The notes under the pieces: model-generated
What the model was told of the DNA's origin: nothing
The model's database searches: none
Seen by the model: the letters and a program-made list of their open reading frames with translations, nothing else
Position numbers and translations under genes: made by a program
In this document: positions 8,807-17,468 of the stretch, piece by piece
Layout of the letters: each line of letters opens with the position of its first letter
How positions within the stretch are numbered: the first letter of the stretch is position 1
NCBI GenBank assembly: GCA_041746575.1
Contig: JBGTGT010000072.1
Coordinates: forward strand, 1-20,435
Length of the DNA stretch: 20,435 bases
Direction: 5' to 3'
From: Microcystaceae cyanobacterium
Lineage (GTDB): Bacteria; Cyanobacteriota; Cyanobacteriia; Cyanobacteriales; Microcystaceae

Positions 8807-9466
8807 ATGTTATATAAAATTCGCTTCCGGCCAACCTTTGCTAACCTTTTTGTAACGCTCAATCCCAATGAGTCCATTCTTGCGGAGGTGGGTTCGTTAG
8901 TAAGCATGGAGAGCGGCATTATCGTGAAGACCAAACTAGCAGGGGGACTCATTGCGAGCATTATTGGCAGAATATTGGGACAAAAGCTCTTCTTTGTTCA
9001 AATTTACACGAATAAGAGTAATGAAGCAAAAAGCCTGATTTTGAGTCCAACTCTACTGGGCGATATTGAACGAATTGATTTAAGTCGCGGTGGAATTTGT
9101 GTCCGTCCAGAGGCTTATTTGGCTCATACGGCCAAAGTGCGGCTGAAAGTCCGTTGGACTGGCTTGAGACGTTGGTTGAGGGGAGAAGACTTATTCAAAC
9201 TTCAATTCAAAGGAGAAGGCCGCGTTTTTATCGGATCTTATGGCGGAATTACCAAACGAACGATTTACCAAGATTTTCTGGTTGATTTAGGTCATCTTCT
9301 GGCTTATGAACCCTCCATTCGTCTGAAGAAGCAAGCTGTTGTCAAGGGATTTAACCGTTCTAACTCTTCCGAACCCTTCGTCGGTCGCCTCAAGGGAAAA
9401 GGCATCGTTTACTTACAGTCTCGGAGTTTTGCTCAATTGGTTCAATATTTACGCAATAAAGATTAA
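8807..9466 (+). CDS. TIGR00266 / AIM24 family protein (paralogue 1)
   Basis: ESILAEVGSLVSM, GEGRVFIGSYGGI, VDLGHLLAYE and GKGIVYLQSR motifs; RBS AAGGAG upstream. Confidence 0.85.
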   Translation: MLYKIRFRPTFANLFVTLNPNESILAEVGSLVSMESGIIVKTKLAGGLIASIIGRILGQKLFFVQIYTNKSNEAKSLILSPTLLGDIERIDLSRGGICVRPEAYLAHTAKVRLKVRWTGLRRWLRGEDLFKLQFKGEGRVFIGSYGGITKRTIYQDFLVDLGHLLAYEPSIRLKKQAVVKGFNRSNSSEPFVGRLKGKGIVYLQSRSFAQLVQYLRNKD

Positions 9467-9467
9467 C

Positions 9468-10139
9468 ATGGAAATTTCAGTGGTGCAACAACCCGATAGT
9501 GCGATCGCCCGTATTTTACTGAACAATAATGAAGAAATCACCACACGAGCAGGGGCGATGATTTCTATGAGTAATAATATCGAAGTCGGTGCCACCCATC
9601 GAAAAGGCCGAGCCACAAAAGGGGTTGAGAGTCCCTTGCGCATGATTGGCGGGCAATCCCTCTTTCTTCATTCATTTAAGGCAAAAACGAATCACTGTGA
9701 AGTGATTTTGTCTCCTTCTTTTCCGGGAGATCTGCACGTTTATGCTCTTAGTACCTATAAACTGATCTTACAAACCAGTGCTTTTTTAGCTTGTACTTCA
9801 GAAGTAGATTTATTTTTGGGCTTTCGGGGAATTAAGGCGACCGATGCCCAAGAACCCTTATTTTGGCTCAGTCTGGCAGGCAAAGGACAGGTAATTCTGG
9901 GCAGTTTTGGAGCGATTTATGAAATTCTGGTAGATGGAGAGTATATCGTCACGCCGAGTCACGTCGTTGCTTTTGAAAATAGTCTTGACTATACCGAAAT
10001 TAAGCTAAGTCGGGGATGGTTGGGAAAATTTTCAGGTGAAGATGGCATTGTGTGGTTTTTTAAAGGACAGGGAATCATTTACTGTCAAAGCCACTACCCT
10101 GACCGCTTTGGTCGCTTATTAAGCACTCAATGGGGTTAA
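9468..10139 (+). CDS. TIGR00266 / AIM24 family protein (paralogue 2), 223 aa
   Basis: Start reassigned to ATG 9468, 1 nt after the stop of paralogue 1. Motifs RAGAMISMS, GKGQVILGSFGAI, HVVAFE, GQGIIYCQSH. Confidence 0.85.
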   Translation: MEISVVQQPDSAIARILLNNNEEITTRAGAMISMSNNIEVGATHRKGRATKGVESPLRMIGGQSLFLHSFKAKTNHCEVILSPSFPGDLHVYALSTYKLILQTSAFLACTSEVDLFLGFRGIKATDAQEPLFWLSLAGKGQVILGSFGAIYEILVDGEYIVTPSHVVAFENSLDYTEIKLSRGWLGKFSGEDGIVWFFKGQGIIYCQSHYPDRFGRLLSTQWG

Positions 10140-10190
10140 AAGACAAGTAATTTGTCAAATTTGCCCGAAGTAGCTCAAGAAAAGGGGGTC

Positions 10191-10268
10191 AGTAGGGAGA
10201 TAGGGAGAAAATTTTTAAGCGAGATCTTTCTACATTGGTTTTCTGTTCCCTATTCCCGAACACCTACT
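10191..10268. repeat. Imperfect inverted repeat built from TAGGGA/TCCCTA units between convergent genes
   Basis: AGTAGGGAGATAGGGAGAAAA (10191-10211) versus TTTTCTGTTCCCTATTCCCGAACACCTACT (10239-10268); resembles short cyanobacterial intergenic repeats. Confidence 0.45.
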
Positions 10269-10293
10269 ATAAAGTTCTCCTCTCGAACTCAGG

Positions 10294-10479
10294 TTAATTA
10301 ATGGGCGCGCTGGAAGCATAAAAAGCCACTGCAATAAGCCCACTAACTAAAATCAGTGCGATTGCGCCTAAAATGAGATAATTTCGTCGTTCGTTTGGGT
10401 TAGGAGGAGTCGCTCGGTAAACTTTAGGCTCGGCGGCAAAGTTGTTTAGGCGTCCACCGTCTTCAGTTGTGTAAGGCAT
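10294..10479 (-). CDS. psb34: Photosystem II assembly factor Psb34 (Ssl1498 family)
   Basis: MPYTTEDGGRLNNFAAEPKVY N-terminus (HliP-like) and a single C-terminal TM helix. Confidence 0.9.
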   Translation of the reverse strand: MPYTTEDGGRLNNFAAEPKVYRATPPNPNERRNYLILGAIALILVSGLIAVAFYASSAPIN

Positions 10480-10521
10480 AATTTTGATTCCTTAATTATG
10501 GGTTATGAATTTTAATATATC

Positions 10522-10539
10522 ATAACATTTCTTAACACG
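10522..10539. promoter_or_regulatory. Putative HLR1-like (RpaB) direct repeat upstream of psb34
   Basis: ATAACATT-TC-TTAACACG, a degenerate match to (G/T)TTACA(T/A)(T/A)-N2-(G/T)TTACA(T/A)(T/A), about 45-60 bp upstream of the psb34 start. Confidence 0.5.
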
Positions 10540-10872
10540 CAGACAACTGGCGTCAAAAATTATTCTACCCTCTGCGGTTCATCTCCAAAAAACGTGATCC
10601 CCTCGGCAACGTCAAGAAATTCTAACATAAGTAACCAGTTCTCTGTTTCCCCTAGACAAATGTCAGGTTTCCTTGACATTGTGATCCCCGAAATCCTGAT
10701 TCTTTCGTTAATCAATGGAGAATTAATGCGCTAACCCCCTTGACCATTTGCCTTGTGGTTTTGTTACATAAGGTTAAGCAAGTGATCCCCAACTAAAACA
10801 TCTATGGAATTAGTCGAGGTAACTCAAACCCAGTAACAAAGTGTCACCCCAATTTGGAGAAGAGTGAATCTC

Positions 10873-12174
10873 ATGATGGCCAATGAACGCCCACCCCTAG
10901 AAGAGATGACCTTGCGACAACTGAGAAAAGTTGCCAGCGACTACAACATCTCTCGTTACAGTCGAATGCGAAAATCGCAGTTATTGGATGCAATCCGGCA
11001 AGCCGTTCAGGCAGAAGGGACAAACCCCGAACCCGCCTCCAGAATTAACTCCGAACCTGTATTGTTTTCCCAGCCCAGTCAAGAAACCCCTTTTATTAAC
11101 CCTATTCAAACCAATCGTCAGGAAGAACAACAAGTGGAAGCATCTAAATTTGAACTTGGACAAGAAGACCAACTCGGCGATACCTTAGCCTCCGTAGATG
11201 AAGGGCTAGGAGAACTCCATGGTGGTTACGGTGAAAGCCGTGTTGTACTACTGCCACGAGATCCTCAATGGGCTTACACCTATTGGGATATCCCCAACGA
11301 AAGAAAGGAAGAAATGCGTCGTCAAGGGGGACAACAACTGGCTTTGCGCATCTACGATGTGACAGAGGTCGATTTAGATTATCAAAGTCCCCACAGCGTA
11401 CAGGAATATATTTGTGATGAATTAGCCCGCGAGTGGTATCTTCCTGTTCCTGTCAGCGATCGCGATTATATTATTGATATTGGCTATCGTTGCGCGGACG
11501 GCCGTTGGTTAATGCTAGCTCGTTCAACTTCGGTTCGTATTCCCCCCGTTTATCCTTCTGATTGGGTAGAAGATATTTTCATTACCGTGGGATGGGATGA
11601 AGAATTAATCGGTCAAACCAAATACGCCTTCGTTCCCCCCAGCAAACGCACGACTGCTGTTCCCAGTAGTCCTATTTACGAACAAATTTTCGGCATGAGC
11701 GAAAGTGTGGAAGCGCAACGAATTGCAGGTTCTCTGTTTGGTTCGATGCAACACGTTGCTGGATCGGTGGTCAGTTCTTATGTTCACCAAGAAAGTTCTT
11801 TCGCCGCCGTTAGTTCCTATGTCTTCCCTTCTGGGGCAGGAATGTGGGCTTCTGGTTCTGGAGTGGGTTTCTCCGCTTCTGCACCCCCAGTACGTCCTCG
11901 TAAGTTCTGGTTAGTGGCAGACGCCGAATTAATCGTTTATGGTGCAACCGAACCCGATGCTACTGTCACAGTGGGCGGTCGTCCTATTAAGTTAAATCCT
12001 GATGGTACATTCCGCTTCCAGATGTCTTTCCAAGATGGTTTAATTGACTACCCCATCGCAGCAGTGGCGGCAGATGGAGAACAAACCCGCTCTATTCACA
12101 TGAAATTTAACCGTGAAACGCCTTCTCGTCACACTAATACGAAGGAAGAAGCCGTACTGGAGTGGTTGACCTAA
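10873..12174 (+). CDS. DUF4912 domain protein with N-terminal Rho_N-like helical domain
   Basis: N-terminal LEEMTLRQLRKVASDYNISRYSRMRKSQLLDAI; DUF4912 core LLPRDPQWAYTYWD; C-terminal FWLVADAELIVYGATEP. ATG 10873/10876 preferred over GTG 10864. Confidence 0.88.
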   Translation: MMANERPPLEEMTLRQLRKVASDYNISRYSRMRKSQLLDAIRQAVQAEGTNPEPASRINSEPVLFSQPSQETPFINPIQTNRQEEQQVEASKFELGQEDQLGDTLASVDEGLGELHGGYGESRVVLLPRDPQWAYTYWDIPNERKEEMRRQGGQQLALRIYDVTEVDLDYQSPHSVQEYICDELAREWYLPVPVSDRDYIIDIGYRCADGRWLMLARSTSVRIPPVYPSDWVEDIFITVGWDEELIGQTKYAFVPPSKRTTAVPSSPIYEQIFGMSESVEAQRIAGSLFGSMQHVAGSVVSSYVHQESSFAAVSSYVFPSGAGMWASGSGVGFSASAPPVRPRKFWLVADAELIVYGATEPDATVTVGGRPIKLNPDGTFRFQMSFQDGLIDYPIAAVAADGEQTRSIHMKFNRETPSRHTNTKEEAVLEWLT

Positions 12175-12218
12175 TTCTGTAATGTCTGTGACCACTGAGT
12201 CGTTTTTGCCAACTCATT

Positions 12219-12251
12219 GCCCCTGATAACGGAGTTTATTGGGGGCTTTTT
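12219..12251 (+). terminator. Intrinsic terminator after the DUF4912 gene
   Basis: GCCCCTGATAA / loop CGGAGT / TTATTGGGGGC then TTTTT. Confidence 0.8.
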
Positions 12252-12490
12252 AGTCCATCCCAATCCGACTTTACCGTGCTTTGCACTTGATGAGGTACAT
12301 GATTGATGGTGGGGATACAAGGTTTGCGCCTCAAGGTGTATGATATTAACGCGCAATTTGTTATCAGAGTGACACAAAAATCTACAGCAGTTTACAATTA
12401 AATGAGGTACAGAATTTAAGGTTTGAAGCAGAAGTCTGTATCTTTTTGATTTCCCTTTTTCTGCACTGATCAATTACATTTAGTCTATTT

Positions 12491-13945
12491 TTAACTAATT
12501 AATAGATTCCCCATCATGCCTAAATCTTCATGGTCTAAAATATGGCAATGATAAACGGTTTTACCGGTAAAATCTTGGAAAGGAATGCGAATTCTGACGG
12601 TTTCTCCCCGACGGACTAAAACGGTATCACGCCAAGCGAGAAAAGGTTCGAGTTGACCATTGCGACTAATGACTTGAAAATCATTAAGATGTACATGAAA
12701 AGGATGATCCATTACCCCTGTATTTATTAATTCCCATTCTTCTATAGTATTTAGCTGAACTGATGTATCAATTCGTTGATGATCGTAAGGTTTTCTATTC
12801 ATTAAAAAAGCCATTCCCATCCCTGGCGACATCCCATGATTAAGGGTAAAACGACGCACGTTTTGAGGATTGGGTAAGGGGGAAATTGAGGTTAATTGAG
12901 TCGGTAACGCCATCGGTTCAACCGAGGAATTATAGTTAAGGGTTGCTAAGACAATGGGTGTATTGGAAGACCGATTATTTCCCATCATGCCTCCTCCCAT
13001 CATGCCCATTCCGCCTCGACTATAAGGAAGACTGAGCAAACGATAGTTTTTAGGGGTTTGATCGCCTTTGACTAAAATTTCTGCTCGTTGACCGGGTGTG
13101 AGTAATAATTCGGTCATTTTTAGGGGTTTAGCGATCGCTCCTCCATCGGTAGCAATGAGATAAAAGGGATGATTTTCCAATGAAAGATTATAAAAACGAG
13201 AAGTAGAGGCGTTGAGAATTCTTAAGCGTAATAATCCATTTTGAGCAAGCGAAAAAGCAGGATTAATTTCCCCATTAACCGTAATCACATTGCCTTCTCT
13301 TCCTGCCATAATGTTCATGTGATTAGATGACATTAATTTTCCTTGATCATTTAACGCAAAATCTTGTAAAACTAAGAATTCTTCTGGTGCTGATTTTATT
13401 TCTAAAATCTCATCTAACTTCCCTCGAATCACAAATAATCCTGCCAATCCTGCCGCTAATTGATCTGCCACATAACCATGTACGTGAGGGTGATACCAAA
13501 ACGTTCCGGCTCTTTGGTTTGGATGAATTTGAAACTCATAGGTAAACGTTTCTTTCGGATTGATTTTCAGGAAAACATTATCTGCTTTACCCGTCGGTGG
13601 AATATGTAAGCCGTGGTAGTGTAAATTCGTCGGTTGGTCAAAACGATTCGTGAAGTGAATGCGAACTTTATCCCCTGCTTTTGCTTCTAAGCGGGGGGCG
13701 GGAATTTGACCATTATAGGTTAATAAATAAGCGGGATTATCACCTAAATTAACTTTAGTGTAGTTCGCTTCTAAATTCACTTCTAATAAACCATTTTGGC
13801 TGCGATAAATCTTGGTTAAATTAGGATTGGGTTTTGCCCAAGAAATTTCGGATTTATTTTGCCTTAATAGCCAATTTGTTCCTAATGTCATACCTCCACC
13901 GACGACGGCAAACGTAAGAAATTGACGACGGTTAAACTTTACCAT
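12491..13945 (-). CDS. Tat-exported multicopper oxidase (CueO/laccase-like)
   Basis: Twin-arginine signal NRRQFL; Cu motifs HYHG, WYHPH, HPFHVH, HCHILDHEDLGMM; Met-rich loop GGMGMMGGGMMG. Confidence 0.95.
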   Translation of the reverse strand: MVKFNRRQFLTFAVVGGGMTLGTNWLLRQNKSEISWAKPNPNLTKIYRSQNGLLEVNLEANYTKVNLGDNPAYLLTYNGQIPAPRLEAKAGDKVRIHFTNRFDQPTNLHYHGLHIPPTGKADNVFLKINPKETFTYEFQIHPNQRAGTFWYHPHVHGYVADQLAAGLAGLFVIRGKLDEILEIKSAPEEFLVLQDFALNDQGKLMSSNHMNIMAGREGNVITVNGEINPAFSLAQNGLLRLRILNASTSRFYNLSLENHPFYLIATDGGAIAKPLKMTELLLTPGQRAEILVKGDQTPKNYRLLSLPYSRGGMGMMGGGMMGNNRSSNTPIVLATLNYNSSVEPMALPTQLTSISPLPNPQNVRRFTLNHGMSPGMGMAFLMNRKPYDHQRIDTSVQLNTIEEWELINTGVMDHPFHVHLNDFQVISRNGQLEPFLAWRDTVLVRRGETVRIRIPFQDFTGKTVYHCHILDHEDLGMMGNLLIS

Positions 13946-13979
13946 TATTTAATTATTACTAATCTAAATCAATGAATCT

Positions 13980-14534
13980 TTAGTACTTTTCGTAGTGCTT
14001 AAATACTGCCATCTTTCCATTAGTATTAAATGCCAAAACATCAAAGGGTTGTTTACGATCTCCTGATTCCATTCCGGGAGTTCCAATCGGCATTGCAGGG
14101 ACAGAGAGTCCAGCCATTTGAGGTTTTTGTTTGAGAAAACGTTTCACATCATCCGCCGGAACATGACCTTCTATAACATAGCCATCAATAGTAGCCGTAT
14201 GACAAGAAGCTAAGTTTGAAGGGATATTATTTTGTTGTTTAATCGTTTCTATCTTATCGGTTTTAATATCCGTAATTTGAAAACCCTGCTTTTTCATGTG
14301 TTCAATCCATCCCCCACAGCAATTACAGGAAGGACTACGATAAACAGTCATCTTTTTATTACCAGAGTAGGATTCTCTAGATTGATACCAAACACTCGCT
14401 ACAACAGTTGTATGAGAGGAATTAGACAGGACATTAGCGTCATTTTTAGCATTAAGATAAATTCCTCCTGCTAAAGTGATGAAAGCCGCACTAGCGATCG
14501 CAATTAACAATCGAGTCTTTAACATAATCTTCAC
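13980..14534 (-). CDS. DUF411 (CopG-like) exported metal-binding protein
   Basis: N-terminal signal/TM; YRSPSCNCCGGW (CxCC), SCHTA, EGHVPA, PGME motifs. Start GTG 14534 or ATG 14525. Confidence 0.9.
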   Translation of the reverse strand: MKIMLKTRLLIAIASAAFITLAGGIYLNAKNDANVLSNSSHTTVVASVWYQSRESYSGNKKMTVYRSPSCNCCGGWIEHMKKQGFQITDIKTDKIETIKQQNNIPSNLASCHTATIDGYVIEGHVPADDVKRFLKQKPQMAGLSVPAMPIGTPGMESGDRKQPFDVLAFNTNGKMAVFKHYEKY

Positions 14535-14561
14535 GGTTACAAGTTTAGTTTTTCTATTTCC

Positions 14562-14594
14562 ATTGTAGTTTATAAAAATGAAATTGACATGAAA
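14562..14594 (-). promoter_or_regulatory. Internal CopR-type promoter: TTTCAT-GTCAA-TTTCAT, 10 bp, -10 TACAAT
   Basis: Minus-strand repeats at 14594-14589 and 14583-14578; -10 at 14567-14562. Matches the TTTCAT-N5-TTTCAT CopR motif of Synechocystis PCC 6803. Confidence 0.75.
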
Positions 14595-14608
14595 TAAAAA
14601 AGTCGTTA

Positions 14609-15133
14609 TTAAGAATTAGACTCTTTAACTTCCACAATGCCTTTAAACATATTCATCTCACAATGAAAAGTATATTGTCCTGTTTGGGTTGGCGTAAACT
14701 CCGTTGATTTAACTTTATTTAGGGGTAAGTCGAGGGCTTTGTGAAAATCAGGTAATATAACTTTTTCTAAGCAACTACTCGGATCTTTACGAAGGAAGTT
14801 AAGACGAACAGGTTGATTTAAGTTTACCTGAATTCTATCTGGCGTATACCCACCATCTACGACAATTTCCAATTCTTGGATTCCTTGATTGACAGTTGCT
14901 TTTTGTGATTTTGTTTTACTCAATAAAAACCACCAAAGTTCAGCCCCAATTAATCCGAGTCCACCTAATGTGACCAAAATTTTCAAGGAGATGGGTTGTT
15001 CAATTCGAGAGAACGATTGACGGGTTTGCATTTGCAGGGGTTCGGTTTCCATTTTGGCTTGAGAAACAGCCGCAGTTCCCACTGACAAACTTAGGGTCAA
15101 TATTCCAGTCAAAATAATTTTAGAGTGTTTCAT
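14609..15133 (-). CDS. Membrane-anchored cupredoxin-domain protein (CupA-like)
   Basis: Signal-like N-terminus, TM helix ILVTLGGLGLIGAELWWFLL, then a cupredoxin fold VDGGYTPDRI...SSCLE...YTFHCEMNM. Confidence 0.88.
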   Translation of the reverse strand: MKHSKIILTGILTLSLSVGTAAVSQAKMETEPLQMQTRQSFSRIEQPISLKILVTLGGLGLIGAELWWFLLSKTKSQKATVNQGIQELEIVVDGGYTPDRIQVNLNQPVRLNFLRKDPSSCLEKVILPDFHKALDLPLNKVKSTEFTPTQTGQYTFHCEMNMFKGIVEVKESNS

Positions 15134-15146
15134 TTTGGGCGTCCTC

Positions 15147-17429
15147 TTAACTAAAACGTTCAGCTTTAAAATTTCGTAATCTCAAAGCATTACTCACGAC
15201 AGAAACAGAACTAAATGCCATCGCCGCACCTGCAATAATAGGATTCAATAACCAACCAAAGAAAGGATACAAAATACCGGCCGCGATGGGAATTCCTAAG
15301 ACGTTATAAATATAAGCAAAAAACAGATTTTGACGGATGTTATTCATCGTCGCATGACTCAGATGAATAGCAGTTACAATACTTCGTAAATCGCCAGAAA
15401 TAAGAGTTAAATCACTAGCCGCTATAGCAACGTCTGTTCCCGTACCAATGGCAATTCCGACATCCGCTTGTGCCAAAGCAGGTGCATCATTAATGCCATC
15501 TCCTACCATTGCAACAATTTTGTTTTTCTGTTTTCTGCTTTTTCTTTCCTGTTGAATTTCTTTAATAAAATCAGCTTTTTGATCGGGATGTACCTCCGCA
15601 AAAACTCTCTGAATTCCGACTTCTGCCGCAATTGCTTCTGCGGTTTTTTGATTATCTCCTGTGAGCATAATCACTTCTAAACCCATTTTTTTTAGGGCTT
15701 TAACCGCGTCAATAGAAGAGGGTTTAATGGCATCTGCAATTCCTATTAATCCTTCGATTTGTCCATCAATAGCCATCCAAGCTGTGGTTTTCGCTTCGGC
15801 TTCCCATTGTTGACGATTGGACTGTAAATTATTGGTATTAATGTCTAAAGCATCCATCCATCTTTGTGTACCGATTTGGATAACTTTTCCTGATACCTTT
15901 CCTCGGACACCCATTCCGGCAACGGCTTCAAAATTAGTGGCTTTGGGTAAAGGCATTTTCACGCCTTGAGATTGGGCATAATTCACGACTGCTTCTGCTA
16001 AAGGATGTTCTGAGTTTTTTTCAATCGCAGCAGCCATTCTTAGGATTTCCATTTCGTTATCATTGGCAATTCCTTTAACAGTAATATAGTTAGTCACGCT
16101 GGGTTTTCCTTGCGTAATTGTTCCCGTTTTATCACAGACAATCGTATCAATTTTATGAGCCAATTCTAGACTGTCTGCCCCTTTAATGAGGATGCCATTT
16201 TCAGCCCCTTTTCCGGTGCCTACCATAATAGAAGTAGGCGTGGCTAACCCTAAAGCACAAGGACAAGCAATAATTAAAACACCAACGGTGGTAATCATAG
16301 CAAGGGTGACATTTCCCATGACATTAAACCAAATTATAAAGGTTAAAATGGCGATCGCAATAACGGTGGGAACAAACCATCCTGTCACTTGGTCAGCTAA
16401 TTTTTGAATCGGAGCTTTACTGCCTTGGGCATCTTGAACTAATTTAACAATTTGTGCTAATACGGTATCTTTCCCCACTTTTGTGGCTTTAAATTTGAAG
16501 CTTCCTGTCTTATTAATGGTTGCGCCAATCACTTCGTCTCCTGCTTGTTTTTTAACCGGAATGGGTTCACCGGTTACCATCGACTCATCAATCGAAGATT
16601 CCCCCTCTATTACTTCTCCATCCACCGGAATTTTTTCTCCCGGACGTACTAGAATAAGGTTCCCAACAGTGACTTGTTCAATCGGAATATCTTTCTCTTG
16701 TCCATTCTGAATAACTCTTGCCGTTTTTGCCTGTAATCCTATTAATTGACGGATGGCTTCTGAGGTTTTTCCCTTCGCACGATTTTCAAATAATCTTCCT
16801 AAAAGAATTAAAGTAATAACAATAGATGCCGTTTCATAATAAACGTCCGGCGCAATTCCTTGAGAGCGTAAAAAATCAGGAAAAAGAGTAGCAAATATAG
16901 AGTATAAATAGGCAACAAGTGTACCTAATCCGACTAAAGTATTCATATCTGCCGCATGGCGTTTAAAAGCTTTCCAACCGCCCACTAAAAAGGTTTTACC
17001 ACACCAAAATTGAACAGGCGTTACTAAAATTAATTGTAGCCAAGGATTATGTAACCAAGCGGGGATAAAAGGTAAATGTAAACCCGTCATCATGGGAAGT
17101 GTACCAAGGACTAATAGTACGCTAATAATACCCCCAAAAATAACTTTACGGGTTAATTCTTTTTGCTCCGCTTCTCTTACTTTTTTTTCGGCATCGGCAT
17201 CTTCTTGATTATCAGTCACGGGAAACGCTTGATAACCTGATTGGTTAACAGCGTCTTGAATATTCGATAAATTGGTAATATTTTTATCGTAAGTGACGGT
17301 TGCTTGAGAAAGGGCAAAGTTGACGTTTCCTTGACTCACCCCTTCGACATTTTGAATAGCTTTTTCGATGGTGGATGCGCACCCAGCACAACTCATTCCT
17401 TGTAATCTTAAATGTTCGGTTTGCATCAC
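15147..17429 (-). CDS. copA: Cu(I)-translocating P1B-1 type ATPase (CopA/PacS-like)
   Basis: N-terminal HMA GMSCAGC; TGEP; intramembrane [23 protein letters not shown]...MAFSS Cu(I) signature; RBS AGGAGA. Confidence 0.95.
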   Translation of the reverse strand: MMQTEHLRLQGMSCAGCASTIEKAIQNVEGVSQGNVNFALSQATVTYDKNITNLSNIQDAVNQSGYQAFPVTDNQEDADAEKKVREAEQKELTRKVIFGGIISVLLVLGTLPMMTGLHLPFIPAWLHNPWLQLILVTPVQFWCGKTFLVGGWKAFKRHAADMNTLVGLGTLVAYLYSIFATLFPDFLRSQGIAPDVYYETASIVITLILLGRLFENRAKGKTSEAIRQLIGLQAKTARVIQNGQEKDIPIEQVTVGNLILVRPGEKIPVDGEVIEGESSIDESMVTGEPIPVKKQAGDEVIGATINKTGSFKFKATKVGKDTVLAQIVKLVQDAQGSKAPIQKLADQVTGWFVPTVIAIAILTFIIWFNVMGNVTLAMITTVGVLIIACPCALGLATPTSIMVGTGKGAENGILIKGADSLELAHKIDTIVCDKTGTITQGKPSVTNYITVKGIANDNEMEILRMAAAIEKNSEHPLAEAVVNYAQSQGVKMPLPKATNFEAVAGMGVRGKVSGKVIQIGTQRWMDALDINTNNLQSNRQQWEAEAKTTAWMAIDGQIEGLIGIADAIKPSSIDAVKALKKMGLEVIMLTGDNQKTAEAIAAEVGIQRVFAEVHPDQKADFIKEIQQERKSRKQKNKIVAMVGDGINDAPALAQADVGIAIGTGTDVAIAASDLTLISGDLRSIVTAIHLSHATMNNIRQNLFFAYIYNVLGIPIAAGILYPFFGWLLNPIIAGAAMAFSSVSVVSNALRLRNFKAERFS

Positions 17430-17468
17430 ATTAAATCTCCTTTTTCTAGGATTGGTTTCAGGACGTTT

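Larger units (their letters stand above)
862..16358. repeat. HIP1 octamers (GCGATCGC), 7 dispersed copies
   Basis: Copies start at 862, 7544, 9501, 11456, 13131, 14494 and 16351 (manual scan). Confidence 0.9.

Noticed and set aside
9339..9467. N-terminal extension of the second AIM24 ORF from TTG 9339
   Set aside because: Overlaps the upstream gene by 128 nt; ATG 9468 gives a length matching the paralogue and a coupled junction.
10763..10780. Second HLR1-like repeat GTTACATA-AG-GTTAAGCA upstream of DUF4912
   Set aside because: The second half-site is too degenerate to support without matrix scoring.
8326..11914. Short overlapping ORFs within cysK, the AIM24 genes and the DUF4912 gene
   Set aside because: Antisense or alternate-frame shadows with no motifs.
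12171..12473. 100-aa minus-strand ORF after the multicopper oxidase
   Set aside because: No recognisable motif or RBS, and it runs through the terminator of the opposite gene; likely spurious, though not excluded.
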